Source: a virus | Reading direction: 5' to 3' (one strand) | DNA length: 64,000 nucleotides | IMG/VR virus record: IMGVR_UViG_3300030106_006795 | Location: 16,746-80,745 of that record | Shown here: piece by piece, positions 1 through 9,936 of the stretch | Position numbering within the stretch: the first letter of the stretch is position 1 | Layout: every line of letters starts with the position of its first letter | The notes under the pieces: model-generated | What the model was told of the DNA's origin: nothing | Database searches by the model: none | What the model saw: the letters and a program-made list of their open reading frames with translations, nothing else | Position numbers and translations under genes: made by a program

Positions 1-3000
1 ACTGTCTTGATCTGCGGTGATAGTGCAATCATTGTCAACTACATGGAATTGAATGTTTTGATTTATGTCTCTACCAAGAATAAGTCTGGGGTTAAGAGTT
101 TGAGTAGAGTTTAATATCCGAACACTGTCAAAATCACCCGTTCCTACTACATCTAGCTCTACAGCAGGACTGTTTGATCCAATACCGACATTGCCAGCGT
201 TAGTAATGGTGAATAACTCTGTTCCTCCATCACTATTTAAGAAACGAGTTCTATTAGAACCGCCCCTAAATTCTAATTGGTCGCTAATTGCTGATGCTCT
301 AAATAAATCTGCGCGAACTGTTGATAAGTCGAAGTTAACAATATCCGAATTAGTAACCTTTATCGCCTCAGAGCCGTTACCTGCAATGGTTAAGCGACCA
401 CTCTGTAAATGGAGTTTTGTGTCAGGATCAGTCGTTCCAATTCCAACATTACCTTCTGCTGTAAATCTTACTACTTCAGTTGCAGCAGAAACTCCGCTTG
501 TGGTGATTCTTACATAATCACCTCCTATTTTTAATGGGTGCGGGGTAGAGGTATCTCCATCAGAGGCTAATATCCTACCCTCATTCCCAACAGAGGGAGT
601 TATAGTTATAGCGTCATTGTTTGCTGGATATCTGATTTTTAAAGAACCATTCTCTATCTTTGCGGCAGTTCCTCCATCGCCATTAACATGAAGGGCTGCT
701 GTAGGAGCGGTTATTCCTACACCTACTCTATTATTACCTCTGTTTATGACTAAAGCATCTGAACCTAATGCTGTATTCCTAATACGGAACATGTCATTAT
801 TAGCTCCACCAGCATATTGGTTTTCAATCTCCCAAGTAGTGTATGTTCCTGCTAGTTTAAGGTGTGGACCAGCACTCCCAGCCCCAGTTACGAGAATGTT
901 TCCTGAGACCGCAAGTTTTTCAGATGGATCAGTTGTTCCAATACCAACATTTCCACCTTTTGTAAATCTTACTTTTTCAGAACCTTCAAAAAAGAAACCT
1001 AAATCACTATCATTTGATGCTTGTCTAATCCCAGCTATATGAATATCTGCATCATAATTACGCAGTTGAATCATCGCCATCGTATTAGTAGTCTCGCTTG
1101 TATTCTCTATGAGAATACCTTCACTACCCCAATCTCCACCGCTACCTCCAGCAAAACCTGTGTCGGTGTTAACGAATTCTAAATGAAGCTTTTGCGCTGG
1201 ATTAGTTGTTCCTATACCAACTCTTTGTGAACTATCTATAGTTATTGTTCTAGTTGACTCCCTATATATGCCTATTGCATCATTATAAACATTATTTGTG
1301 ATTCCACCGATGCGAACTTCATTGGGTGTATCAGCAAAACTAAAATGAGCGCCATATGCTGCATTTGAAGGATCGTTTATTCTTAAGCCTCCTGTGCTAC
1401 CAACGGCATTGCCACCTATAGTAAGGTCATATACAGGATCAGTTGTTCCTATACCTAAACCAATAGAATTCAATCTAGCTTTAGTTCCACCACCATTAAA
1501 TTCTAAATAATTATTAGTTGACCAAGAAAGTTTTGAGTTACCACCACCACCAAACTGGATGTTAGTAGAGGATAGCACCATCGCAGAGGATGCACTATCA
1601 ACTGCGAATCTCATCTGAGATAAAGGGTCGCAATATATTCCATTGTTTGATCCAGCGAATTGAATCGCCATGTCAGAGCTACTGCCTCCATCTAATATTA
1701 TATCCTCACCAGATATGCCTCCTACGACTTGAAGTGGTTTGCTAGGATCAGTTGTTCCTATGCCGACATTGCCAGCATTTGTGATAGTCATTCTGGTGCC
1801 TGTCGTGCCACCATTACAAGTATCAAAGAAAATATCACTGCTATTATTATTACCACCATAAATATGAGTATCAGTGGTGCTACTCATACCTATGATGTCA
1901 ACTGGAATAGAACCGCCATAATACCCCTTCAATGTTTTACCCTGCGGGATTAAAATGTTGCCGTCAACGTGTAGTAGTTCAGCAGGTCCAGTTGTTCCAA
2001 TGCCAACTCTACTAGTAGAACCTTGAACGAAAACAATATTACTATTGTTTACGCTCATGCTAACATTCTGACCTGCTTTAGCATTAATAGCTGAAGATCC
2101 AGCAGGGCTTTGCTTTAAAGCATAACTTGTTGAAGTAGCATTATCATAATGAGATAAATATAAATAGTCGGTTACATGAGATCCAAATCTTGCCCTGCCC
2201 AAGAAAACATTTTGGTCGGTATCAGCTTTAACATCTAGCAATCCTTGAGGAGTTATCGATCCTATACCAACATCGCCATCAGGTTTTATAGCCACTCTAG
2301 CCTCACCACTTGTGGCTAAATAAACACTTCCAAGAGCTTGTCTGTTAGTAACATAAGCATCATGACCATTGTTTCCAATAGTCATACCCACGTTGCTCAT
2401 AGTTCCATAGCTTGTCGTGCTATTCTGGAATTGAAGATAAGCTACTGTCCCCGTGCTTCTTAAATGTGCTAGAGCGTATCCACCGCTAATGGTTAAAGCT
2501 CCATACTCAGGATCATTACCATTATTTTCTATAATAATATTATTAGTTGTAATATTACCCTCATCAGTAACAGTCTGCAATGTATCTGACTCAAAAGCAG
2601 AAGTTCCAGTAACAACAGGATTACCATTTACAGTAATACCATTTGTAAAGTTTCCACTATTTCCATAAATAACATCGTATTTATTGGATGATTTTCCGAG
2701 ATCTGCTCCTCCATTTGTTACAGGATAAAGAGTAGAATAATGGCGACCATCATAATATTTATCAATATAATATTGACCACCGTAAGATAAGTCATTGCCA
2801 AGATCGTAATCAGCGGCATAAAGATTGTTTATTCTGAAATAGCTTCCCGCTTTAGCAAAACTATATCTTAATCCAGTGGTGGCATTTGCACCTCCTGCAT
2901 TACTTGCGATTCTTGCTATAAGTGCAGTTTTAGTATTCTCAGTTGTATCAAGAATGGTTTGCCATGCACCCGTTCTCAATGCCTCTATTTTGACATGAGT

Positions 3001-6000
3001 GGCTCTAAATGGATTAGAGCCAAATATTATAGCCGCTTGTGCGCTGTAGTTTAAAGATTTAACACCGTTGAAGTATAATTCAATAACACCAGTGCTTGCT
3101 ACGCCAGTTGTTATGTCTCCATCAGGACCAGAATCAGTATACCAACTTCCTATAGTATGGTTATTAGCTTGGAAGGCTCTATCAAAATCTCCAGTGCCAG
3201 CTTCATTACTATATGTATATGATCCTGCACTTCCTCCTCTTGTTTTATATAAACCAGAGGTTGCTATTGTTACACCAGCCCACTTTGTGAAACCAGCAAG
3301 GTCGTTCATTAATAACGCATTCTGGAATCCGTAATCTTCTGTAGATGTGCTTGCAAAAAACCCATCTATTGTTGTGCATGGACCAGTTCCAAATTGAGTT
3401 CCTAATAATCCTGATTGTGTTCTTATGATTCCGTTGACATCTAGAGGATAAGAAGGAGTAGAATCTCTAATACCAACACTATTAGCAGAAGCATCTACAA
3501 ATAAAGTATCTGTATCAACATAGAAATCACTACTGGAATTAAACCCTCCGAGAGTAGAATTATTTTTTCTGAAAAATAGTTGGTTACCATTATCACAATT
3601 TAAATATGTATCACCACCCGCACTCTGCAATAAAGCATAACTAGCTGAAGAGGCATTATCAATATGAGCAAATCCAGCATAATCACCACCGATCATAAAG
3701 CCAACATGAGCTTTACCAATAACAGCAGAAACATCTGTATCTGGTGCAACCTCTAATTTTTCTGTTGGATTAGTTGTTCCTATTCCGACATTGCCAGCAT
3801 TTGTTATACTAAAAGATTTACCTCCACCCGCAGTTGCTGTTTGAAATACATAATGACTAGCACTAGAACCAGCATTTTCAATAGCAAGCCCCGCATTTAT
3901 ATTGGAAAAAGTTTGTGTGCTATTACCTCCATATATATGAACCAGACTTTCTGGAACAGTTGTTCCTATGCCTACTTTACCATCACCACTAATACTAATT
4001 CTTTCACTACCGCCAGCATGTAACTGCAACCTAGATGGAACTCCATCAGTTCCCACTTGGTATTCATTTCCTGCGATTCTGTAAAATTTACCAGCAGAAA
4101 TTTTAATATTTCCGTCTACCTCTAACTTTGTATCTGGATCAGTTACTCCTATACCGACCTGACCCGCAGTATCGATACGCATAAACTCCGTATCGGTGCT
4201 TCCAGCCGTTCCAAGGAATATAAACCCTCCGTTAGCAGCATTAGCTCTAGAGTAGAGATAAGTATATACTCCAGCTTTTTCTATGTCAGTATAATGATCT
4301 GTTAAATCAGAATCTTTTAATCTTAAAGTAGGAACTGATGAAGCTATCTCTAGTTCTGCACTAGGGTCATCTGTTCCTATTCCAACATTGCCATCATGAT
4401 CTATACGCATCCTTTCGGTTGCGGCAGGATAATCGCTTCCTGTTATTTCATTTGTTGGTGAAGTGTGAAAGGTAAGCTCTGCATCATATCCTCCAGTTCT
4501 CTGGGCAAATATAGCAGATCTAGGATAACCTACTGTTGAATTTATAAACTCTATGCCACAATATGAGCCATCTGAATTGTTTGGGTTATCAATTGTTAGT
4601 ATTGCACCTTCAGTAGTCCCAGCTCTACTAACATGTAAACTTGTTCTAGGATTAACTGTCCCTACTCCTACATTGTCACCATTAGAAGCATTTAAAGCTA
4701 ACTTACCATCATGCTGTAATGTTATTTCTGCTCCTCCATTACCATCATAGGTTATAAAGAAATCACTATCTGTAGAGTCATCTGCAAAATATTGACGAAC
4801 GGTTTCTGTAGGGTTTGTGAAGATTAATCCTAAACTATTTCCAGTAGCATTACCTACATGAAGTCTAGATTGTGGACTAACTGTTCCTATACCAAATCTT
4901 TGATTTTCGGAATCAAACCTCGCCATTTCCACATCAGCTTCTCCTGCTTGGAAAATGATGTCATCTTCATCTCTATTTGATTGTAAATAAAGATGATTAA
5001 CTCTAGGTGTGATTATGCTTTTAGCTGAAGTTCCACTTACATAAATTGTTCCTCCATTTGTATTCCCAAGGGTCAAACTACCAGCGCCATTTGCTCTTAC
5101 TTGTCCATTATTTTGAACAAGAAGATCGGCAACTGTTATATCATTAGTTGTAGTCGCACCTCTATCAGTAACAGTCTGTAAGGTGTCTGACTCTGTTCCT
5201 GCCACATCTCCAGAAAGAAGATAACCTGTCCCCCCCAATGTGAGTCTTCCTCCAAATCCTGTTCCACCTGCATCTCCAGAGATTTCCAGAGTATGTTTGC
5301 CAGCAACATTCCCTGATATAATAGTAGTGCCTCCCAAGAACGCAGATTCCTCGCAATCTAATCCGTAGCGTGGTCCCGTATGAGGAGAACCTGCTGGTCC
5401 TATAGCAAGACCAACGTCAATCATGCCGAATGAACCAGATAGAGTATTTACTTTTATGTTGTTTGTTGTTGTGTTTCCTCTATCAGTAACACTATCTAAT
5501 GTATCTCCCTCTGGTGTTTCACCAGTGAGAACAGCATTGCCGTTTATGTAAAGTCCACTATCAGTTGTAACATAAACGCCGCTTTTAAAATCTAAAAGCA
5601 TTGTATTTGCTCCACTAGACAAGGCAGGAGTTGCAATAGAATCACTAAATACAAAAGCTCCTTGATGACCCTGTTGGACTTTTGAATAATTACCCGCAGT
5701 TACTGCGTCATTTGCTTTAATTTCTTGATGAGCGCCACCTAAAGTTGTTGATCTACTGCCAATAACTGTATTGTTATTTCCTCCTGCAATAGTGTTTTGT
5801 GCGCCACTAATAGTATTAGAAACACCAGCGCCTATAAAATTATATCCTCCATCAGTTAGTTGATATTTAATTTCATTACTTTGTCCTCCAACAATAGAAG
5901 AGTATTTATTGTGAACTTTATTATTGTTACCACCCCCTATGCTTCCTCCAGCCTCTCCAGTAATCTCATTACCTTGTCCTCCAGCTATAGTAGAAGTAGG

Positions 6001-7704
6001 AGAACCACTAATTAAATTATCAAAACCTCCCCCAATAACAGCAAAGTTACTTCCGCTAATATCATTGTTTCTTCCTCCAACACTTACAGAGAATTCACTA
6101 GATGCAATGTCAATCCCAGAGCCTCCTCCAATAAAGTTGGTGCTACCCCCTGTGACCATATTTTCAATTCCAGCAACAATTACATTGTAGTTACCGCTAA
6201 TATAGTTGCCTGAACCACCTATTATAACTGAACCTGTAGCTGGTGAATTATAAATAGTAGGTGTTGTGTCCTCTGGATATTCTCCTGCTCCAATTGTAAT
6301 TGAAGAATTCGGTGCTATTTGAACAGTATCTGAATGATCAAATTTAATTTGTGTTATACCTGCCCCAAGCTTTAAAGCAGTTTCAGATCCGTCATATCTA
6401 ATATCACTTTGTGTTCCGTTTCCTAGATACAGTTTGCCGTCAGCAGGAGTGCTTCCATCCTTGATTCTTACATCACCACAAATAAAAAGTTTTTCTGTAA
6501 AGCCGCCTAATGAATTTGTCCCAAGACCGACTTGGCCTTTTACATATGCGCCGTTTGTGGGAGGGGTTGTTGATCTATATGTAGCGTCACCTATTGATAG
6601 TGAATCTGCTCCCATAGAATTAGAGGTCGTAGACCCTTCATCTGTTACCTCTTGTAAATTTGGTGTGGAGTGAGACGGCTCAGTATGAGTTATTAATACA
6701 GTATCATTAGTGCTTCCAACTGAAGTGTATCCAATGCTGAGATTTGAGCCAGCAACAGCAATTCCTCTAAACTTAAATGGTCTAATAGAATTATCTACAT
6801 AGACTTTTGTTCCCCCTCCCCCTTCAACATTTATGGAATGACCGCCGCTAATTAAAACCCTGTCAGCGCTAGTGGGATCAATGAAGATATCAGTGTTATT
6901 TTGACCATTATCTGGTTGTTCTGCATTGCCAGTTAATGTTCTAAATTCAAATGGAGCAGATGAACCATCTTCGTAAATTTCTGCTGCACTACCTATATTC
7001 GCACAACTAGCTCCAACTGCGGTCTCTCCACTACCGCTAATTAGAATGTATTTATCAGTTTCTGTAACAGTAATATCTCCAGTTCCTTGAATAGCTCTTA
7101 CTCTAACTGGATTTGATTGCGATTCTTTTCCTCCACTAACAAGGATGTGAGCGCTATTTGTAGCTGCCTCATCTCCATTTTCATCTACTCCAACAAGACC
7201 TAATTGTTTAAATTGCCTATCCGAAAGATTAATATTGTCTCTTAAGGTAAGTTCATCAACAACACCTTCGACAAAAGAAAGAACGGGAAAGTAACCAGTA
7301 AACGGTTCTGTATCATTTTGATTTTCTAATTGTTCAAAAATGATTTCTGGAAATTGTGTCTCAGGTTGCTCTTCAGCAGCATCAAATCCTGTAAAATCAG
7401 CACGGGTGATTAAGAAATTCTCTCTATCAATTACAACTTCAACATAATATTTTTTACTTACATCAAGGGGCAAGTTGTGAACTTGCTGCATTTGACCGAT
7501 TACAGCAGCAGATCTATCTAATTGAGAATGAGAAACCCTGTTAAAAATATAACCCTGATTAAAAGTAACATCAAAACTTTCAGGGCTATCGTTACCACCA
7601 TAAACTATTTCAACTTGTGGTTGAAACGGTGTTACGTTATCTAATTCAACACCGATACCATTAACTGGAGTATTAGAGAAGTAGTCGTGTCCTTCTTCAG
7701 CCAT
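1..7704 (-). CDS. Giant tail fibre / adhesin-like protein, >=2568 aa, 3' end beyond the left window edge
   Basis: ATG at 7704 (MAEEGHDYFSNTPVNGIGV...) overlaps the stop of the upstream ORF. The frame is open wherever I translated it, and the ORF track reports no stop for it. It has about 16 'G[N/K/Q]VGIGTTxP' repeats (approx. 170-4900), four 'TLQTVTD[R/E]GxTTxN' motifs (approx. 2570, 5170, 5490, 6650) and a Gly/Asn beta-roll repeat region (approx. 5650-6240) ending in GAFVFSDS. Confidence 0.85.
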   Translation of the reverse strand, partial: MAEEGHDYFSNTPVNGIGVELDNVTPFQPQVEIVYGGNDSPESFDVTFNQGYIFNRVSHSQLDRSAAVIGQMQQVHNLPLDVSKKYYVEVVIDRENFLITRADFTGFDAAEEQPETQFPEIIFEQLENQNDTEPFTGYFPVLSFVEGVVDELTLRDNINLSDRQFKQLGLVGVDENGDEAATNSAHILVSGGKESQSNPVRVRAIQGTGDITVTETDKYILISGSGETAVGASCANIGSAAEIYEDGSSAPFEFRTLTGNAEQPDNGQNNTDIFIDPTSADRVLISGGHSINVEGGGGTKVYVDNSIRPFKFRGIAVAGSNLSIGYTSVGSTNDTVLITHTEPSHSTPNLQEVTDEGSTTSNSMGADSLSIGDATYRSTTPPTNGAYVKGQVGLGTNSLGGFTEKLFICGDVRIKDGSTPADGKLYLGNGTQSDIRYDGSETALKLGAGITQIKFDHSDTVQIAPNSSITIGAGEYPEDTTPTIYNSPATGSVIIGGSGNYISGNYNVIVAGIENMVTGGSTNFIGGGSGIDIASSEFSVSVGGRNNDISGSNFAVIGGGFDNLISGSPTSTIAGGQGNEITGEAGGSIGGGNNNKVHNKYSSIVGGQSNEIKYQLTDGGYNFIGAGVSNTISGAQNTIAGGNNNTVIGSRSTTLGGAHQEIKANDAVTAGNYSKVQQGHQGAFVFSDSIATPALSSGANTMLLDFKSGVYVTTDSGLYINGNAVLTGETPEGDTLDSVTDRGNTTTNNIKVNTLSGSFGMIDVGLAIGPAGSPHTGPRYGLDCEESAFLGGTTIISGNVAGKHTLEISGDAGGTGFGGRLTLGGTGYLLSGDVAGTESDTLQTVTDRGATTTNDITVADLLVQNNGQVRANGAGSLTLGNTNGGTIYVSGTSAKSIITPRVNHLYLQSNRDEDDIIFQAGEADVEMARFDSENQRFGIGTVSPQSRLHVGNATGNSLGLIFTNPTETVRQYFADDSTDSDFFITYDGNGGAEITLQHDGKLALNASNGDNVGVGTVNPRTSLHVSRAGTTEGAILTIDNPNNSDGSYCGIEFINSTVGYPRSAIFAQRTGGYDAELTFHTSPTNEITGSDYPAATERMRIDHDGNVGIGTDDPSAELEIASSVPTLRLKDSDLTDHYTDIEKAGVYTYLYSRANAANGGFIFLGTAGSTDTEFMRIDTAGQVGIGVTDPDTKLEVDGNIKISAGKFYRIAGNEYQVGTDGVPSRLQLHAGGSERISISGDGKVGIGTTVPESLVHIYGGNSTQTFSNINAGLAIENAGSSASHYVFQTATAGGGKSFSITNAGNVGIGTTNPTEKLEVAPDTDVSAVIGKAHVGFMIGGDYAGFAHIDNASSASYALLQSAGGDTYLNCDNGNQLFFRKNNSTLGGFNSSSDFYVDTDTLFVDASANSVGIRDSTPSYPLDVNGIIRTQSGLLGTQFGTGPCTTIDGFFASTSTEDYGFQNALLMNDLAGFTKWAGVTIATSGLYKTRGGSAGSYTYSNEAGTGDFDRAFQANNHTIGSWYTDSGPDGDITTGVASTGVIELYFNGVKSLNYSAQAAIIFGSNPFRATHVKIEALRTGAWQTILDTTENTKTALIARIASNAGGANATTGLRYSFAKAGSYFRINNLYAADYDLGNDLSYGGQYYIDKYYDGRHYSTLYPVTNGGADLGKSSNKYDVIYGNSGNFTNGITVNGNPVVTGTSAFESDTLQTVTDEGNITTNNIIIENNGNDPEYGALTISGGYALAHLRSTGTVAYLQFQNSTTSYGTMSNVGMTIGNNGHDAYVTNRQALGSVYLATSGEARVAIKPDGDVGIGSITPQGLLDVKADTDQNVFLGRARFGSHVTDYLYLSHYDNATSTSYALKQSPAGSSAINAKAGQNVSMSVNNSNIVFVQGSTSRVGIGTTGPAELLHVDGNILIPQGKTLKGYYGGSIPVDIIGMSSTTDTHIYGGNNNSSDIFFDTCNGGTTGTRMTITNAGNVGIGTTDPSKPLQVVGGISGEDIILDGGSSSDMAIQFAGSNNGIYCDPLSQMRFAVDSASSAMVLSSTNIQFGGGGNSKLSWSTNNYLEFNGGGTKARLNSIGLGIGTTDPVYDLTIGGNAVGSTGGLRINDPSNAAYGAHFSFADTPNEVRIGGITNNVYNDAIGIYRESTRTITIDSSQRVGIGTTNPAQKLHLEFVNTDTGFAGGSGGDWGSEGILIENTSETTNTMAMIQLRNYDADIHIAGIRQASNDSDLGFFFEGSEKVRFTKGGNVGIGTTDPSEKLAVSGNILVTGAGSAGPHLKLAGTYTTWEIENQYAGGANNDMFRIRNTALGSDALVINRGNNRVGVGITAPTAALHVNGDGGTAAKIENGSLKIRYPANNDAITITPSVGNEGRILASDGDTSTPHPLKIGGDYVRITTSGVSAATEVVRFTAEGNVGIGTTDPDTKLHLQSGRLTIAGNGSEAIKVTNSDIVNFDLSTVRADLFRASAISDQLEFRGGSNRTRFLNSDGGTELFTITNAGNVGIGSNSPAVELDVVGTGDFDSVRILNSTQTLNPRLILGRDINQNIQFHVVDNDCTITADQDS
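1750..3808. repeat. 37-nt direct repeat pair (1750-1786 and 3772-3808, 2 mismatches) within the fibre gene
   Basis: agttgttcctatgccgacattgccagcatttgtgata vs agttgttcctattccgacattgccagcatttgttata; both encode ITNAGNVGIGTT. Confidence 0.85.
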
Positions 7705-8041
7705 GTGCAAGCCCCTCGTTAAACGCAGAAGGCTCAGTGAAATCAGATTCTATCTTTTGAATCTCTCCTTCTTCGTCAAAATAATATAAACGATCAAACC
7801 AGTTAAATTTCTTAAGGTTGACTTGTTTAATCTCTTTCTCTACATCATTGCCATGAAGGGGCGAGTAAAAATATTTCGTCCCTCCACGTTTTAGAGAACC
7901 ATCAGGCCAGAGGAATTGTTTTTCAGCAAAAAAACAATCCGTCAAAGCGGCATTACGCCAAACTTCAATATATGCAAAATCATTATCAAAGTCGTGCCGC
8001 TTTGTTTCTAGTTTGATTACGTTTTTGACGATAGTTTTCAC
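7697..8041 (-). CDS. Hypothetical protein, coupled to the tail fibre gene
   Basis: 114-aa ORF with a GTG start, GTGTAA motif upstream, stop overlapping the next start. Confidence 0.7.
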   Translation of the reverse strand: MKTIVKNVIKLETKRHDFDNDFAYIEVWRNAALTDCFFAEKQFLWPDGSLKRGGTKYFYSPLHGNDVEKEIKQVNLKKFNWFDRLYYFDEEGEIQKIESDFTEPSAFNEGLAHG

Positions 8042-8062
8042 TTTAATAATGATATAAAATAG

Positions 8063-8068
8063 TTACAC
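8063..8068 (-). promoter_or_regulatory. GTGTA[A/G] putative phage late-promoter motif
   Basis: GTGTAA about 21 nt upstream of the 8041 start; one of nine similarly placed copies. Confidence 0.6.
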
Positions 8069-8136
8069 CTATTTCAATTATTTGTTCCCTATCGAAAATC
8101 TGTTACAATATTGATACATAGTTTTTTTTACCAAAC

Positions 8137-8165
8137 TTGAACATAACTGTAAGACAGTGTATAAT
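8137..8165 (+). promoter_or_regulatory. sigma70-type promoter
   Basis: TTGAAC-17 nt-TATAAT. Confidence 0.6.
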
Positions 8166-8196
8166 GGTAATAGATGAAGATTATCCAAGAACCCGA

Positions 8197-8325
8197 GTGA
8201 GCGAGCGACCAAGAACAAAAAAAGAAGCGAAAGACTTTAACGGTATAAAGCCTCCTTGGGACGATATACCTATAAAAATCCTAGTGGTTATGATTCTAGG
8301 ACTAATTTACCTTGCGTTTAGGTAA
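8197..8325 (+). CDS. Small membrane protein with one C-terminal TM segment
   Basis: Same frame as track ORF 8137..8325. GTG at 8197 is the first in-frame start downstream of the promoter. Hydrophobic tail IKILVVMILGLIYLAFR. Confidence 0.5.
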   Translation: MSERPRTKKEAKDFNGIKPPWDDIPIKILVVMILGLIYLAFR

Positions 8326-8338
8326 TTTAAATTAATTT

Positions 8339-9922
8339 TTAATCAGATTGATCGGAGCCTTTTGCTCTTTCCATCTGCTCTGATGTGGGTGCGCCTTTAT
8401 CACCCTTTTTCCTCATTTTCTCACCAGAACCTCTTTTAATTCTTTCTTTTTTCTTTCTGATGTTTTCCCAGAGACTACTATCTGACTTCTCTTTCTCTTT
8501 GAGAATTTCTTTATGGCGCTTCATGAAAGCCTCATGATTGGGGCCAGCCATATAAAGAGTCTTTCCGTCCTCTGTCTTATGGGTGTGGATTCCCTTTAAA
8601 CCCATCTTTTCAGCATCTTTCATGGCTTTTTCTTTACTATCGAAGTAGTGCTTATTTACATCAGGAGATCCATATGATTTTTTCTTATCGTGATGGCTAG
8701 CCTTACTGCTATTTCCTTTTTGTTTTTTTAGAATCTCTTTTTGTAGCCAAGTAGGAAGTTTTTTCTGTTTTTCTGTTAAGCCAGCTTCATTCTCTTCCAT
8801 TAAAGTTGCTCTATCCTTCTTATATTGAACAGCACAAGCAGACATTGTTTGGTCCATGTCCATGTCTTTAGTGTTTGTCATTTCCGCATCATTCCTCATG
8901 CAATGACTCATGTAAGACTTAAACATGGGTTTTTCTTTGTCCTCCATCTCCATGCCGTATACTTTCTTTCCCTTATATGCAGCTTTAGCAATGTCTTGAT
9001 CCGCTTTTCTATAAGATTCTTTTACCTTGCCTCCTCTCATCATCTTTAGAAATGTATTTACTCTAGCCATAGCCCATCCATGACGAGACATATTAGGGCG
9101 GTGAGATGTGCTAAAAGCGCCAGCACCGCGCCTGTAAACTCTCTTAAGTTGCCCCAAGGTGACTTTTTTAGAATACTTTGCGTTATGAGTTTTAACCTTT
9201 TCTTTTAAGGTATTTGTCGTCTTTTCGCTAAAAGTAATCTTTCCTCCTCCTTTTTTAGCGCTTCCTTTCTTATTTCTTTTAGAGCCTCTTTTTCTTTCAC
9301 TAGGCTCTGCTGGCGTTTGTGCGCCACTCTTTGGCCCTCTACGCTTTGCAGCCTCAGACTCTTCAGTAATTTCATCAACATATGCTAATGAAGGACAAAT
9401 AGCCAAAAGATCTGATTCGTTATATAAAGATTCTCCATCCCACTCCTCTTCAACAGACCCTTTGGTCACATTTGTGACGCTTTTCTTGCTCCACATTCTA
9501 CATGACCAGTATTTAGGAGTTGTTTTATCTTTTGCCATATCACAGTTATGCCTAGCCCTAAATGCCTTTCTTCTTTTGGGATCATCCCTCTTGATCTCCA
9601 TGTTTGGATCACCAAAGTTGACCTTAACAACATTTCCTTTTTTGTTTTTTACATAAACAGAAAACTTCTTTGGGCCTTTAGGTGTCCTAAATGGCTTATT
9701 TAAAGTCTTATTTTCGTTTGCTGCCTCAGTGAAGAACAAAGATGTGTCATCCCCGTCTTCAAAAACAACAGATGCCTTTGATTCAGCCTCTTTAAAAATA
9801 TTCATACAAACAGCTACTCGCTGCTTGTTATCGTTAAATTCATCTTTTTCGGTTAGGTCTGAAACGCAGCGACCCATGAAATCACCACGCTTTTCGTTGC
9901 TTCTAGGAGTTGGTAATGGCAT
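8339..9922 (-). CDS. Modular Lys/Arg-rich phage protein (putative polyprotein / internal head protein)
   Basis: Likely start MPLPTPRS at 9922, with GTGTAA 8 nt upstream. It concatenates short modules common in marine phages (FGDPNM..RARHNC..YWSC; LKRVYRRGAGAFSTSHRP..WAMARVN; GIHTH..YMAGPNH; LWENIRKKKERIKRGSGEKMRKKGDKGAP). Confidence 0.8.
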   Translation of the reverse strand: MPLPTPRSNEKRGDFMGRCVSDLTEKDEFNDNKQRVAVCMNIFKEAESKASVVFEDGDDTSLFFTEAANENKTLNKPFRTPKGPKKFSVYVKNKKGNVVKVNFGDPNMEIKRDDPKRRKAFRARHNCDMAKDKTTPKYWSCRMWSKKSVTNVTKGSVEEEWDGESLYNESDLLAICPSLAYVDEITEESEAAKRRGPKSGAQTPAEPSERKRGSKRNKKGSAKKGGGKITFSEKTTNTLKEKVKTHNAKYSKKVTLGQLKRVYRRGAGAFSTSHRPNMSRHGWAMARVNTFLKMMRGGKVKESYRKADQDIAKAAYKGKKVYGMEMEDKEKPMFKSYMSHCMRNDAEMTNTKDMDMDQTMSACAVQYKKDRATLMEENEAGLTEKQKKLPTWLQKEILKKQKGNSSKASHHDKKKSYGSPDVNKHYFDSKEKAMKDAEKMGLKGIHTHKTEDGKTLYMAGPNHEAFMKRHKEILKEKEKSDSSLWENIRKKKERIKRGSGEKMRKKGDKGAPTSEQMERAKGSDQSD

Positions 9923-9930
9923 ATTTTTCT

Positions 9931-9936
9931 TTACAC
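9931..9936 (-). promoter_or_regulatory. GTGTA[A/G] motif
   Basis: GTGTAA-AGAAAAAT-ATG. Confidence 0.6.

Noticed and set aside
191-6673. Many short plus-strand ORFs and the minus-strand ORF 5165-5356
   Set aside because: Antisense or out-of-frame shadows of the giant minus-strand fibre gene; their 'VVPIPT' repeats are the reverse complement of VGIGTT.
1-7704. Diversity-generating retroelement or invertible shufflon in the fibre gene
   Set aside because: No reverse transcriptase or recombinase in the window; the repeats are short, direct and in frame, not a ~100-nt TR/VR pair.
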